DNA of 64,000 nt from Candidatus Parcubacteria bacterium (GTDB lineage Bacteria > Patescibacteriota > Minisyncoccia > Phycocordibacterales > JAKFXT01). Shown piece by piece: positions 9,147 through 17,544 of the stretch. Made by a program: the position numbers and the translations under genes. The DNA is taken from assembly GCA_021414235.1 (NCBI GenBank), contig JAIOOV010000004.1, positions 342,157 through 406,156 on the forward strand, in the 5' to 3' direction. The notes beneath the pieces are model-generated. The model saw only the letters and a list, made by a program, of their open reading frames with translations, was not told the DNA's origin and searched no databases. How positions within the stretch are numbered: the first letter of the stretch is position 1; every line of letters begins with the position of its first letter.

Positions 9147-10859
9147 ATGAAACCTAGCCACGTCTTCCGCATACGCCTCTTCTCGGGACTCATGTTCCTG
9201 GTGGGGCTTGTGCTCATCGGCAAGCTCTATGCCATCCAGATCGTCTACGGCGATATTTTCCGCGAGCGCGGGGAGGCGCAGTACACGGGGACTGCCGGCG
9301 CCACGTTCAATCGTGGTTCGATCTACTTCTCCGACAAGGGTGGCAACCTGGTGGGCGCCGCCACGCTCAAGAGCGGCTATATCATAAGCATCAATCCGAA
9401 GCTTCTCACGGAAGAAGAGAAGGTCTACGAGATGCTCTCCGCTATTACGCCCATAGACCGCGCTAATTTCTTCGTGCGGGCCGCGCAGAAGACCGGCTCC
9501 TACCGGGAGATCGCCAAGCATGTACCGCTTGAGAAAGGCGCTCCGCTCGCGGAGCTCGATATCCCCGGCGTAGGCCTCCGTAAGGAGCGCTGGCGCTTCT
9601 ATCCCGGCAACGACCTAGCTTCTCAGGTGCTTGGCTTCGTAGGCTTCAAGGGTGACGTGCTCACCGGCCGCTATGGCCTAGAGCGCTACTATGACAACGT
9701 ACTCTCTCGTGACGAGAAGGGTGCGTATGCCAATTTCTTCGTACAGATCTTTTCTAATATCAAGGACTCTCTCGTCGAGCAGAAGCTCGACGCGGAAGGG
9801 GACATCGTGCTGACCATCGAGCCCTCTGTGCAGTCATTCCTCGAGGAGCGTCTCAAGGAAGTGGCACAGGCGCGTAATACCGATCTGGTGGGTGGCATCA
9901 TCATCAATCCGGAGACAGGTGAGATCTATGCCATGGCAGGGTATCCCGATTTCGACCCCAATGCCTACCAGGAGGTCAAGAATCCGCAGGTGTATGTAAA
10001 TCCGATGGTGGAGGGCGTGTATGAGATGGGCTCGATTATAAAGCCTCTAACCGTGGCTGCGGGGCTGGACGCCGGCGTCATCAATCGCAACACTACCTAC
10101 AACGATACTGGTACCATCACCTTGAATGGTTCAAAGATCAGCAACTACGATGGCAAGGCGCGCGGCGTCGTACCGGTACAGGAGATTCTCAGTCAGTCAC
10201 TGAACGTAGGCGTCTCCTATATCGTCGGGCGTCTCGGCAACAAGCGCTTTGCGGACTATATGCGGGACTTCGGCATAGGGGAGAAGACGGGGATCGATCT
10301 GCCGAACGAAGTAAACGGCATCATCACGAACCTCAACAGTCCGCGCGACCTGGAATACGCGAACGCCTCCTTCGGCCAGGGCATCGCTATGACGCCGATC
10401 GAGACGGTACGCGCGCTTTCCGTGCTCGGGAACGGCGGACATCTCATCACGCCGCATGTGGTCAAGCGCATCGACTACCGCTTGGGCGTAAGCAAGGAGA
10501 AGGCTTACCCGCCTGGCAAACAAGTGCTCAAGGAAGAGACCTCTACCGAGATTAGCCGCATGCTCGTCACTGTGGTGGACGAAGCGCTCCTCGGCGGCAA
10601 GGCTAAGCTCCCACATTATTCCGTAGGCGCCAAGACCGGTACGGCTCAAATTGCGAAGGAGAACGGTCGCGGGTACTATGAAGACAGGTATCTCCACTCG
10701 TTCTTCGCTTACTTCCCGGCCTATCAGCCTAAATTCCTCATCTTCTACTACGCAGTGAATCCCCATGGCGTGAAGTACGCCTCCGAGACCTGGACGGAAT
10801 CCTTCCAGAAGACCACTAAGTTTCTCATAAGCTATTACGAAGTCCCTCCTGATCGCTAG
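9147..10859 (+). CDS. ftsI: Penicillin-binding protein (FtsI/PBP3-type transpeptidase)
   Basis: N-terminal TM, SIIKPL (SxxK) and KTGTAQ (KTG) motifs, dcw-cluster position. Confidence 0.8.
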   Translation: MKPSHVFRIRLFSGLMFLVGLVLIGKLYAIQIVYGDIFRERGEAQYTGTAGATFNRGSIYFSDKGGNLVGAATLKSGYIISINPKLLTEEEKVYEMLSAITPIDRANFFVRAAQKTGSYREIAKHVPLEKGAPLAELDIPGVGLRKERWRFYPGNDLASQVLGFVGFKGDVLTGRYGLERYYDNVLSRDEKGAYANFFVQIFSNIKDSLVEQKLDAEGDIVLTIEPSVQSFLEERLKEVAQARNTDLVGGIIINPETGEIYAMAGYPDFDPNAYQEVKNPQVYVNPMVEGVYEMGSIIKPLTVAAGLDAGVINRNTTYNDTGTITLNGSKISNYDGKARGVVPVQEILSQSLNVGVSYIVGRLGNKRFADYMRDFGIGEKTGIDLPNEVNGIITNLNSPRDLEYANASFGQGIAMTPIETVRALSVLGNGGHLITPHVVKRIDYRLGVSKEKAYPPGKQVLKEETSTEISRMLVTVVDEALLGGKAKLPHYSVGAKTGTAQIAKENGRGYYEDRYLHSFFAYFPAYQPKFLIFYYAVNPHGVKYASETWTESFQKTTKFLISYYEVPPDR

Positions 10860-10866
10860 AATCACG

Positions 10867-12180
10867 ATGTTCAAAAGCCTCTTTAAATGGGTTGTCCTCT
10901 CCATCATCACCGCAGAGTCTAAGGCGGTGCTTAAGAAATTCCATCCGCGCATCATCGCGGTCACCGGGAGCGTCGGCAAGACCTCCACCAAGGACGCCAT
11001 CTACACCGCGCTCAAAGGCACGCTCTCGGTGCGCAAGAGTGCCAAGAGCTACAATAGCGATTTTGGCGTACCCCTCACGATCCTCGGGCGTGAAGGGGCC
11101 TGGAATAATCCTGTCGGGTGGATGCTGACCATGTTCCAGGGGATCAAGCTCCTCCTCTTAAACTACCCGTATCCGGAGTGGCTCATCCTCGAAGTGGGTG
11201 CGGACAAGCCGGGAGACCTGCGGGAACTCATGTCCTGGGTGAAGCCCGATATCACCGTGGTGACGCGCTTCCCGGATGTGCCGGTGCATGTGGAATTCTA
11301 CGAATCCATCGAGGCACTTTTCGCGGAGGAAGCTATCCCCGTGTTCTCGCTCAAGACGCCGGGGGTACTGGTTTTGAACAATGATGATGAGCGCGTGCGT
11401 TCTTTTGCGGATGATTCCCCGCATGCGGTCTATACCTATGGTTCCACGCCTTCCGCTACTGTGCGTAGTTTTGATGAGGCAGTGGAGTATGTTCCGGATG
11501 CCGAAGGTAAGCTCATGCCGATCGGCATGAAGTTCGATGTCATTTCGGGGGATCGTCAGGCAACACTCCGTGTGCGTGACGCTCTGGGCATGCAGCATGT
11601 CTATCCGCTCCTTGCGGCGGTCGCCGTAGGGCTCTCTCAGAACGTACCTCTCCTTGCTATGGCAGAGGCGCTCAACAAGGAGCATATGACTCCGCCCGGG
11701 CGCATGCGCCTTATTCAAGGGGAGAAAGAGACGTACCTCATCGACGACACCTACAACTCCTCTCCGGTGGCAGCCCGCGAAGCGCTCCTTGCCCTGGGAT
11801 CGCTCAAGGCGTATGGACGCAAGATCGCAGTGCTGGGGGGTATGCGTGAACTCGGTCAGTATACGGAGGAAGAGCACAAGAAGATCGGCGCTTTGGCGGC
11901 CGAACAAGTGGACATCCTCATCGGAGTAGGGGAGGAAGCTCGATATCTGGCGGAAGGAGCGCTTGATGCCGGCATGTCGGACGAGAATATCTTTCAATAC
12001 GACAATTCTCGGGAAGCGGGTAAATTCCTGGAGAGTATCTTGGTGAAGGGGGACATCGCGCTCATCAAGGGCTCCCAGTCGGTGCGCATGGAGCGCATCG
12101 TGGAGGAAGTCATGGAGCATCCAGAAGATCGTGCCAAGTTACTGGTACGCCAGGAACGTCAGTGGATCGTGAGGCCATAA
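10867..12180 (+). CDS. murF: Mur ligase family protein, most like UDP-MurNAc-tripeptide D-Ala-D-Ala ligase MurF
   Basis: IIAVTGSVGKTSTKD P-loop, typical of MurF; 437 aa. A MurE assignment cannot be excluded without alignment. Confidence 0.6.
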   Translation: MFKSLFKWVVLSIITAESKAVLKKFHPRIIAVTGSVGKTSTKDAIYTALKGTLSVRKSAKSYNSDFGVPLTILGREGAWNNPVGWMLTMFQGIKLLLLNYPYPEWLILEVGADKPGDLRELMSWVKPDITVVTRFPDVPVHVEFYESIEALFAEEAIPVFSLKTPGVLVLNNDDERVRSFADDSPHAVYTYGSTPSATVRSFDEAVEYVPDAEGKLMPIGMKFDVISGDRQATLRVRDALGMQHVYPLLAAVAVGLSQNVPLLAMAEALNKEHMTPPGRMRLIQGEKETYLIDDTYNSSPVAAREALLALGSLKAYGRKIAVLGGMRELGQYTEEEHKKIGALAAEQVDILIGVGEEARYLAEGALDAGMSDENIFQYDNSREAGKFLESILVKGDIALIKGSQSVRMERIVEEVMEHPEDRAKLLVRQERQWIVRP

Positions 12181-12278
12181 ATATATTAGTGAGAGATTTT
12201 ATATTGAAGGTATCTCTTGCGAGAGTGTAATACTTACAGTATGGTGCTTGAAAATTCACTCGAACCAAGGAGGTTTTC

Positions 12279-12833
12279 GTGACCACGTTCTTTCGAAGAG
12301 ATAAGAAGAAGGGTTTTAAAGCTCCACCTTCCGCGCGTAGCAAGGGGCCGACCTGGTCGCCCCCTTGGGTGAATCTGGTCTCCGGACAGGATCCCTTTGC
12401 GGCGGCAGAGGGTTCAAGGAAAACTTATCATCCCGACGGAATGCCTCGTATTCCGTTCGAGATGCTGCCGGAGCAGATCGCGCAACGAAAGAGTGAGCTC
12501 CAGCGCATGGCACTCGTACCGGGGAGGAAGATTCGCGCTGTCAGTACCCAGGGCAAAAAGTATCTTGGCCTGTTCTCCCGGGAGGACCCCAAGACCGGCT
12601 ACTTCTACATGAAGGGTTCGAAGGATCGGTTCGATCCCCGTGGCTCGGAAGTGGAGATTCGGCTGAATGACCTGGTCACTTTTAAGGGCGAGAAACCCAT
12701 CTATCTCGTTCTTGATTTGGACCAGGACAGAGCCAAACTGAATCAGCGTGAAGGGTGGGTGTTGGTCAGTGACCTTCGCTACTTCAGATCCATGATCCCT
12801 TCCCGTCAGGCGGAACGGTCGACGAGGAGATGA
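12279..12833 (+). CDS. Hypothetical protein (GTG start)
   Basis: AAGGAGG RBS 7 nt upstream of GTG; promoter-like TTGAAG-N18-TAATAC at about 12214-12245; I recognised no conserved domain. Confidence 0.5.
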   Translation: MTTFFRRDKKKGFKAPPSARSKGPTWSPPWVNLVSGQDPFAAAEGSRKTYHPDGMPRIPFEMLPEQIAQRKSELQRMALVPGRKIRAVSTQGKKYLGLFSREDPKTGYFYMKGSKDRFDPRGSEVEIRLNDLVTFKGEKPIYLVLDLDQDRAKLNQREGWVLVSDLRYFRSMIPSRQAERSTRR

Positions 12834-12858
12834 GAGCAGGATCTCCGGTCCTGTTCCT

Positions 12859-12890
12859 TGAAGGGCCCGTAAGGGCCCTTCTTTTTTTGT
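12859..12890 (+). terminator. Rho-independent terminator
   Basis: gaagggccc-gta-agggccctt hairpin followed by ctttttttgt. Confidence 0.7.
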
Positions 12891-12942
12891 AAAAATCGGG
12901 GTATAGTGTTGAACGCCTGCTCTGCAGGCACGTTTTAGATTC

Positions 12943-13017
12943 GGCCTTATCGTCTAGCCCGGTCCAGGACACGTCCCTCTCACGGATGAAACGGGGGTTC
13001 AAATCCCCCTAAGGTCA
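12943..13017 (+). tRNA. tRNA-Glu (anticodon CUC), CCA not encoded
   Basis: Cloverleaf folds by hand: acceptor GGCCTTA/TAAGGTC, D-arm GTCT..GGAC, anticodon stem CGTCC/GGATG with loop CTCTCAC, T-arm GGGGG-TTCAAAT-CCCCC. Close to E. coli tRNA-Glu outside the anticodon. Confidence 0.8.
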
Positions 13018-13033
13018 CATTGGCAGCAGATAC

Positions 13034-13065
13034 AAAACAACCGCCTCGAAGGCGGTTGTTTTGTT
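13034..13065 (+). terminator. Rho-independent terminator after tRNA-Glu
   Basis: aaaacaaccgcc-tcgaa-ggcggttgtttt followed by gtt. Confidence 0.7.
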
Positions 13066-13099
13066 ACCGAAGTAAGGTCTGAGTATACGACTCAGAAAG

Positions 13100-13130
13100 A
13101 AAAACCGCCGCGTCTTGCGACGCGGCGGGC
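13100..13130 (-). terminator. Terminator for the minus-strand small Cys-protein gene
   Basis: ccgccgcgtc-ttgc-gacgcggcgg with a U-run on the minus strand. Confidence 0.6.
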
Positions 13131-13152
13131 CGTATGGGAGTTGGCTGAGCTC

Positions 13153-13524
13153 TCAGCAGTCCGGGTAGGCGATGGGGCCGGCCTGGCACTCGATCTGGAA
13201 CTGCAGCAGCTCCTCGACGTTCTTTTTCTTGCCGCCGACGACGCCGCTGCAGCAGTTCACGAAGGCGAGCTCCTGGCCGTGGCAGACCTTCTCTTGTACC
13301 AGCGGCCGCACGGCGTCGCTCGCATGGATGCGGATGAGCTGCTTGCCGAGGATGGAGCTGGGATCGACGCTCCAGGTCACGGCTTTGCCACCGTCCTGGG
13401 CTTCGTGCGCCTTCTTGTGGAGGAAGGCGACTCCTTCAGGGCAATCTTCCCTCACTGCGGCGAGCAGGGCTTCGGCACCGGCGAGACCCTGCGCGATGTG
13501 TCGCGTGATCGAAGGGAACGACAT
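13153..13524 (-). CDS. Small cysteine-containing protein (CC motif). Possible thioredoxin-fold or ArsD-like metallochaperone, unconfirmed.
   Basis: 123 aa, GAGGAG RBS, motifs NCCSGVVGG, CPEG and C-terminal Cys. Amino-acid composition is protein-like, unlike the overlapping + strand ORFs. Confidence 0.5.
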   Translation of the reverse strand: MSFPSITRHIAQGLAGAEALLAAVREDCPEGVAFLHKKAHEAQDGGKAVTWSVDPSSILGKQLIRIHASDAVRPLVQEKVCHGQELAFVNCCSGVVGGKKKNVEELLQFQIECQAGPIAYPDC

Positions 13525-13560
13525 AGGCTTCTCCTCGAAAGAACGCTGGCGATGTTACCA

Positions 13561-13593
13561 GCATGCCCTCCGCCATATATTACGGAGGGCATG
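13561..13593 (-). promoter_or_regulatory. 12-bp perfect GC-rich stem-loop in the 5' leader of the small Cys-protein gene
   Basis: gcatgccctccg-ccatatattac-cggagggcatgc with no flanking U-tract. A second hairpin at 13623-13660 covers the ATPase stop codon. Confidence 0.4.
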
Positions 13594-13656
13594 CTGTCAG
13601 CATCTCCTTGTATGTCCAGCATTTAGCCCGCGTGAACGCAGCACGCAAAGCGCGGG

Positions 13657-14340
13657 CTAAGTGCTGGACACAAAGAACGAATCTATTTTTTCAATAGCTG
13701 CCTTCGTGTCCGCGACAAGATCAGTGACCTTGTTGTCGATGATCAGGCAGGGGATATCGGCTATCTCTAATTCTTGCTTGATCTGCTCAGCTACTCGACG
13801 GCTATTCACTGTGTCCTCTCGGACAATCACCCCCAGATCAACACCTTTAAGTATTCCCGTAGCTACCGGATCGGTACCCGCCCGTTCGTCTATGACCACA
13901 GCCTCTTTGGGGTTAAGCCGGAGGAGGGGGAGATACGTCTTTAGAGGAGCAGCAAGCGAATGGCTACAGGCTTCTAGGGAACGTACACGATCCGTGTGGG
14001 GACCGGCGGTCATGAGGTGAAGCAGGGGCTCTATCTCTACAGAGACGCTTTGAGTGAACGGGTCGAGAGGGGAGAGGGAGAAACAGATGCCTCTTTCCTC
14101 AGCAATCTTTACTGCCGCAAAGAATCCTCCGGAGCGTTCAGCTCCTACATACTCCTTTATCCGATCCGGATCGGTTCCTAGAAACACCTTTGGATCAGCT
14201 CCTAGGTTATATGAGAGGTCCATATTGTGGTCGGCATCAATAGCCAGAACCCGCATACCGCGGGAGTGCAGATGGCGCACCAGGGCGGTTGCCATGGTTG
14301 ATTTGCCGGAGCCTCCTTTGCCGAGGAATGCTATTTTCAT
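13657..14340 (-). CDS. P-loop ATPase of the MinD/ParA/CooC family (CooC-like)
   Basis: Deviant Walker A KGGSGKST at residues 7-14; VLAIDADHNMDL resembles the CooC LAIDADPD motif; 227 aa. Confidence 0.75.
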   Translation of the reverse strand: MKIAFLGKGGSGKSTMATALVRHLHSRGMRVLAIDADHNMDLSYNLGADPKVFLGTDPDRIKEYVGAERSGGFFAAVKIAEERGICFSLSPLDPFTQSVSVEIEPLLHLMTAGPHTDRVRSLEACSHSLAAPLKTYLPLLRLNPKEAVVIDERAGTDPVATGILKGVDLGVIVREDTVNSRRVAEQIKQELEIADIPCLIIDNKVTDLVADTKAAIEKIDSFFVSST

Positions 14341-14408
14341 AAACGCAACTTAGTTGCATTTAGGACTATACCTCAGATGGGTATCTAATTGCAAATCTAT
14401 TGCGTTTA
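14341..14408. promoter_or_regulatory. Two inverted copies of an AAACGCAA-N5-TTGCAWTT palindromic element in the divergent ATPase/Fur promoter region
   Basis: 14341-14361 aaacgcaaCTTAGttgcattt contains a perfect 7-1-7 TGCAACT-T-AGTTGCA. 14388-14408 is its reverse-complement variant. The centres are about 46 bp apart. Confidence 0.45.
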
Positions 14409-14422
14409 GGTACTATGAAGAC

Positions 14423-14719
14423 ATGGAAGATTTCAAAAAGCTCCTGCATGAACGCGGCTTCAGGGCGACACCTGGTCGTCTAGAACTATTGCGCACTCTT
14501 TTTATTGCAAAGCACCCGTTGAACGTCGATGAGATAGGGAAGAGGCTGGATCTCAATGTGGTTACGCTCTACCGTGCCCTCAATGATCTGGCCGATGCTG
14601 GTATTCTTCTGCGAGGGAGCGGGGAAGGAGATGCAATTCACTTCTCATACCCCAAGAACCACCATCATCACATGATCTGCACGGATTGCGGATTTAAGAC
14701 TGGCTGCGTCACTTGTTAA
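14423..14719 (+). CDS. Fur-family metalloregulator (Fur/Zur/PerR type)
   Basis: Winged-helix ATPGRLELLRTLF..VTLYRALNDLADAGIL, then HHHHMICTDCG and a C-terminal GCVTC metal site. Start probably at MEDFKK (14423), not the ORF-track M at 14354. Confidence 0.8.
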   Translation: MEDFKKLLHERGFRATPGRLELLRTLFIAKHPLNVDEIGKRLDLNVVTLYRALNDLADAGILLRGSGEGDAIHFSYPKNHHHHMICTDCGFKTGCVTC

Positions 14720-15840
14720 GCGTGACTGTGTCCGTGGTGTTCTCCTGATTTTCCGCGCTGCTTTTCAAGCATGTAGGAGGCGATGAGGGTGGTGATCGGT
14801 ACTCCGAGGATGAGGCCGATGCTGCCGATGATGATGCGCACTATCTCCGTAGCGAACATCTCGCTGTTGATGATGGAGGCCAGGCTCATGGTCGAGGAAT
14901 GCTGAATGAGGAGGAGCAGGGGCAAGGAGACGCCGACATAGGCGATGGCAAGGGTATTCACCAGGGCTCCGATGTGCTCGCGACCCACGCGAATCGCTCG
15001 CTTGTAGATCTCTAGCTTGGTCATATGCTTACCCGCTCTGAAGAGCTCTTCCACGGTAATGGCTTGGCCGATGGCGATATCGTAGAGCACGCCGAGGAGA
15101 CCTATCATGATCCCGCCAAAGAGGAGTCCGACCATATCGATGCCCCCGCGAGTATCAAAGTTGAGGTAGATGTTCTCTTCGGCCGTATAGCCGCTGAGGT
15201 GTCCTGCGTGGACGGCCCAGTATGCGGTTAAGCCGGTGACAGCCACTGTGCCGATCATGCCGAGCACGGCAGCCGAAGTGGTCCTGTTGAACCCATGAGT
15301 GATGTAGGACCCGATGATGATGATGAGTGAGGCGACGCCGACGCTCACGAGGACCGGGGAGTAGCCACCGAGGATCCCAGGAAGAAGGACATAGAGGATG
15401 AGCACGAGGCTTCCGAGCAGGCTTGCGAGCCCTCGGAGTCCCTGGATGCCGCCGAAGACGAAAAGGAGCGCCAGGAAGGCGACTGCGAGAATCAGCAGGA
15501 TATCTAGCCGATACGGATCCGAGACGACCCAGTAATCGCTCCCGCTTATGGAATTGCTTTGGTGGCGGATGAAGAAAACATCATCCTGGCTTAATTGGAT
15601 GTAGTCGTTCTGAAAGGTCACTACCTGGCCTTTGTCGGGACCATCAAGCACCTCTGCGGTAAGGGTCTGCGTCTTTGAGGGAGTATCGGTGCCGGGGATG
15701 ATGGTTTCGCGCTGATCTCTCGCTTCAAGTACCCGAGCGCGTTCGATGCTGATCGTGTCCGGTACCAGCTCGGATTGAGCGTGGGAAGGGGTGGGTAAAA
15801 GGGTAAAAGCAAGCGTCAGTAGGATGGCTTTGAAAATCAT
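14716..15840 (-). CDS. YibE/F-family polytopic membrane protein with a His-rich C-terminal tail
   Basis: Signal peptide, about 110-aa extracytoplasmic domain, then about 8 TM helices; C-terminus GEHHGHSHA. Its stop overlaps the Fur stop (shared TTAA). Confidence 0.65.
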   Translation of the reverse strand: MIFKAILLTLAFTLLPTPSHAQSELVPDTISIERARVLEARDQRETIIPGTDTPSKTQTLTAEVLDGPDKGQVVTFQNDYIQLSQDDVFFIRHQSNSISGSDYWVVSDPYRLDILLILAVAFLALLFVFGGIQGLRGLASLLGSLVLILYVLLPGILGGYSPVLVSVGVASLIIIIGSYITHGFNRTTSAAVLGMIGTVAVTGLTAYWAVHAGHLSGYTAEENIYLNFDTRGGIDMVGLLFGGIMIGLLGVLYDIAIGQAITVEELFRAGKHMTKLEIYKRAIRVGREHIGALVNTLAIAYVGVSLPLLLLIQHSSTMSLASIINSEMFATEIVRIIIGSIGLILGVPITTLIASYMLEKQRGKSGEHHGHSHA

Positions 15841-15958
15841 AATTAGAGTATACGCCCAAGAGCAGAAGCCGGCAGCCCCCGGCTTCTAATGGTTGTTAAG
15901 TATATAAGTCCCACCCGCCTCGATTTGCCTTTTCCTCCTATAGGCGTAGGCTCAGTCA

Positions 15959-16207
15959 ATGAACCCTAGATTTCTCATCTCAATCCTGGCTGCAGCTGTA
16001 TTCCTCGCCTCTTCTTTTTCTCCTGTTTTTGCCATCGCCGCGAGCTCCTATTACACCAATGTTTCTGGAGTCCAGGTTCATGTCCCTGTCCAAGCTGTTA
16101 AGGCACCCAAGGGGGCGTCAGCTCGATGCAAAGATGGAAGCTATAGCTTCAGTAAACACCGGAGCGGTACGTGCTCGGGACACAGAGGAGTGGCCAAGTG
16201 GCTCTGA
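15959..16207 (+). CDS. Small secreted DUF3761-family protein
   Basis: Signal peptide plus CKDGSYSFSKHRSGTCSGHRGVAKWL, matching the DUF3761 signature as I recall it. Confidence 0.55.
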   Translation: MNPRFLISILAAAVFLASSFSPVFAIAASSYYTNVSGVQVHVPVQAVKAPKGASARCKDGSYSFSKHRSGTCSGHRGVAKWL

Positions 16208-16609
16208 TTCGCTGCGCGGGTCACTGACACGCGTCCGCTAGGGTTATAAGATTGACCTATGCGGGGATTCCTATTCTTTGGTTTGAAAGAAGCCCAGGCT
16301 TGCGTATTTGCGGGTTCCTTCTTCGTCCTCCTTTTCTTATCCAATCACATCCCGCTATTCGGCCTTCCTCGTTATGATTTCCTTTTCCTGGCAGCGCTTC
16401 TCCTCTACTCATAAGGTGGGTGGTTTCTCTTTGATATATTCGTAGCCGTAATAGCCGCCGATGCCGAGTAGGGCGAGGAGTATAAGCAGGATGGAGAGAG
16501 AGCGGGTGTTCATGCTGTGATGACGGCTATAGCCTTAGGTACTTTCATGCTCCTAGTATATAGCGGAGAGAAGCAGGGCATAGTACCATTCAGGGCATAA
16601 TTAAACGAT

Positions 16610-16894
16610 ATGGATACTATAGATATTCTTGAGCGAGAGGAAAAGCAAGATAAAGATAAGCTGTCGGAATTAGAGCGCGAGCTCGGCCGTCGCCAAGGGT
16701 ATCTGAAACGGGAACAGGATAAGATCGAGGATAAGGAAAGGGAGATGAAAAACCAGATCGACGTACTCAAGCGAGGTTTATCCAGACTAGAAGAGGATGT
16801 AAAAAAGACGGAACAAGATATCACCGTCGTAAAGAGTAGAATCAGTAATAGGGATGAAAAAATAAAGCAGATGGCCAGTCAGAAGAGGAAATAA
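16610..16894 (+). CDS. Small highly charged coiled-coil protein
   Basis: 94 aa, K/E/R-rich heptad pattern; stop overlaps the start of the next gene (ATGA). Lower-GC region. Confidence 0.5.
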   Translation: MDTIDILEREEKQDKDKLSELERELGRRQGYLKREQDKIEDKEREMKNQIDVLKRGLSRLEEDVKKTEQDITVVKSRISNRDEKIKQMASQKRK

Positions 16895-17466
16895 TGCTCC
16901 TGCTTCCGGATTCTTTCGTCATCTTTGATACCGAGTACACGGCCTGGGAAGGGTCGTGGCTGCGCGGCTGGGATAGGCCAGGAGAATATAAGGAGATCGT
17001 GCAGATCGGCGCACTCATCGCGGACGGCCGGACCCTCGAAGAGAGGGAATCTTTTCTCGTCCTGGTGAAGCCGGTCAAGAATCCTGTTTTGTCTGAATAT
17101 CTCTCTCTGCTTACCGGCATCACTCAGAAGGCAGTAGACGAGGAGGGGTTGGATCTCCAGGATGCGCTCAGCCGCTTCCGTGCTTGGGCGGGGGAGAGGG
17201 AGATGTACGCTTTTGGTCATGACGGGGATGTCATAGAAAAGAACTGTCAGCTGGTGGGTATCGATTCTCCGTTTGTGACGGAGCGATTCCATGATGTGCG
17301 CGAGGTATTTAAAAATGCAGGTACCGATGTCGATAGTCTCTCAAGTGGAACGGTGACGCGTGCATTCGGCAAAGAGCCAGAGCGTCGGGCACATAACGCA
17401 CTCTCGGATGCGCAGACCATTCTGGATGGACTGAGAGAACTCAAGAAGACCCTTCGCTTCAGCTAG
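16894..17466 (+). CDS. DEDDh-family 3'-5' exonuclease (DnaQ/RNase T-like)
   Basis: Exo I FDTEYT, Exo II GHDGD, Exo III HNALSDAQ motifs; 190 aa. Confidence 0.75.
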   Translation: MLLLPDSFVIFDTEYTAWEGSWLRGWDRPGEYKEIVQIGALIADGRTLEERESFLVLVKPVKNPVLSEYLSLLTGITQKAVDEEGLDLQDALSRFRAWAGEREMYAFGHDGDVIEKNCQLVGIDSPFVTERFHDVREVFKNAGTDVDSLSSGTVTRAFGKEPERRAHNALSDAQTILDGLRELKKTLRFS

Positions 17467-17544
17467 CACGAGATCTGTACGCTTTGGAAAAAGATCAAGC
17501 GCTTTCTATGCATAAAGGGTATTTCGTGGTAAAATATTTTTTCA

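Noticed and set aside
11158-12120. 320-aa minus-strand ORF
   Set aside because: Antisense to the Mur ligase gene.
13141-13660. Two overlapping + strand ORFs (161 and 162 aa) across the small Cys-protein locus
   Set aside because: Their composition (Ala/Leu/Asp/Gly/Arg-rich) is typical of antisense translation of a GC-rich gene. The minus-strand ORF has a good RBS, a protein-like composition and its own terminator.
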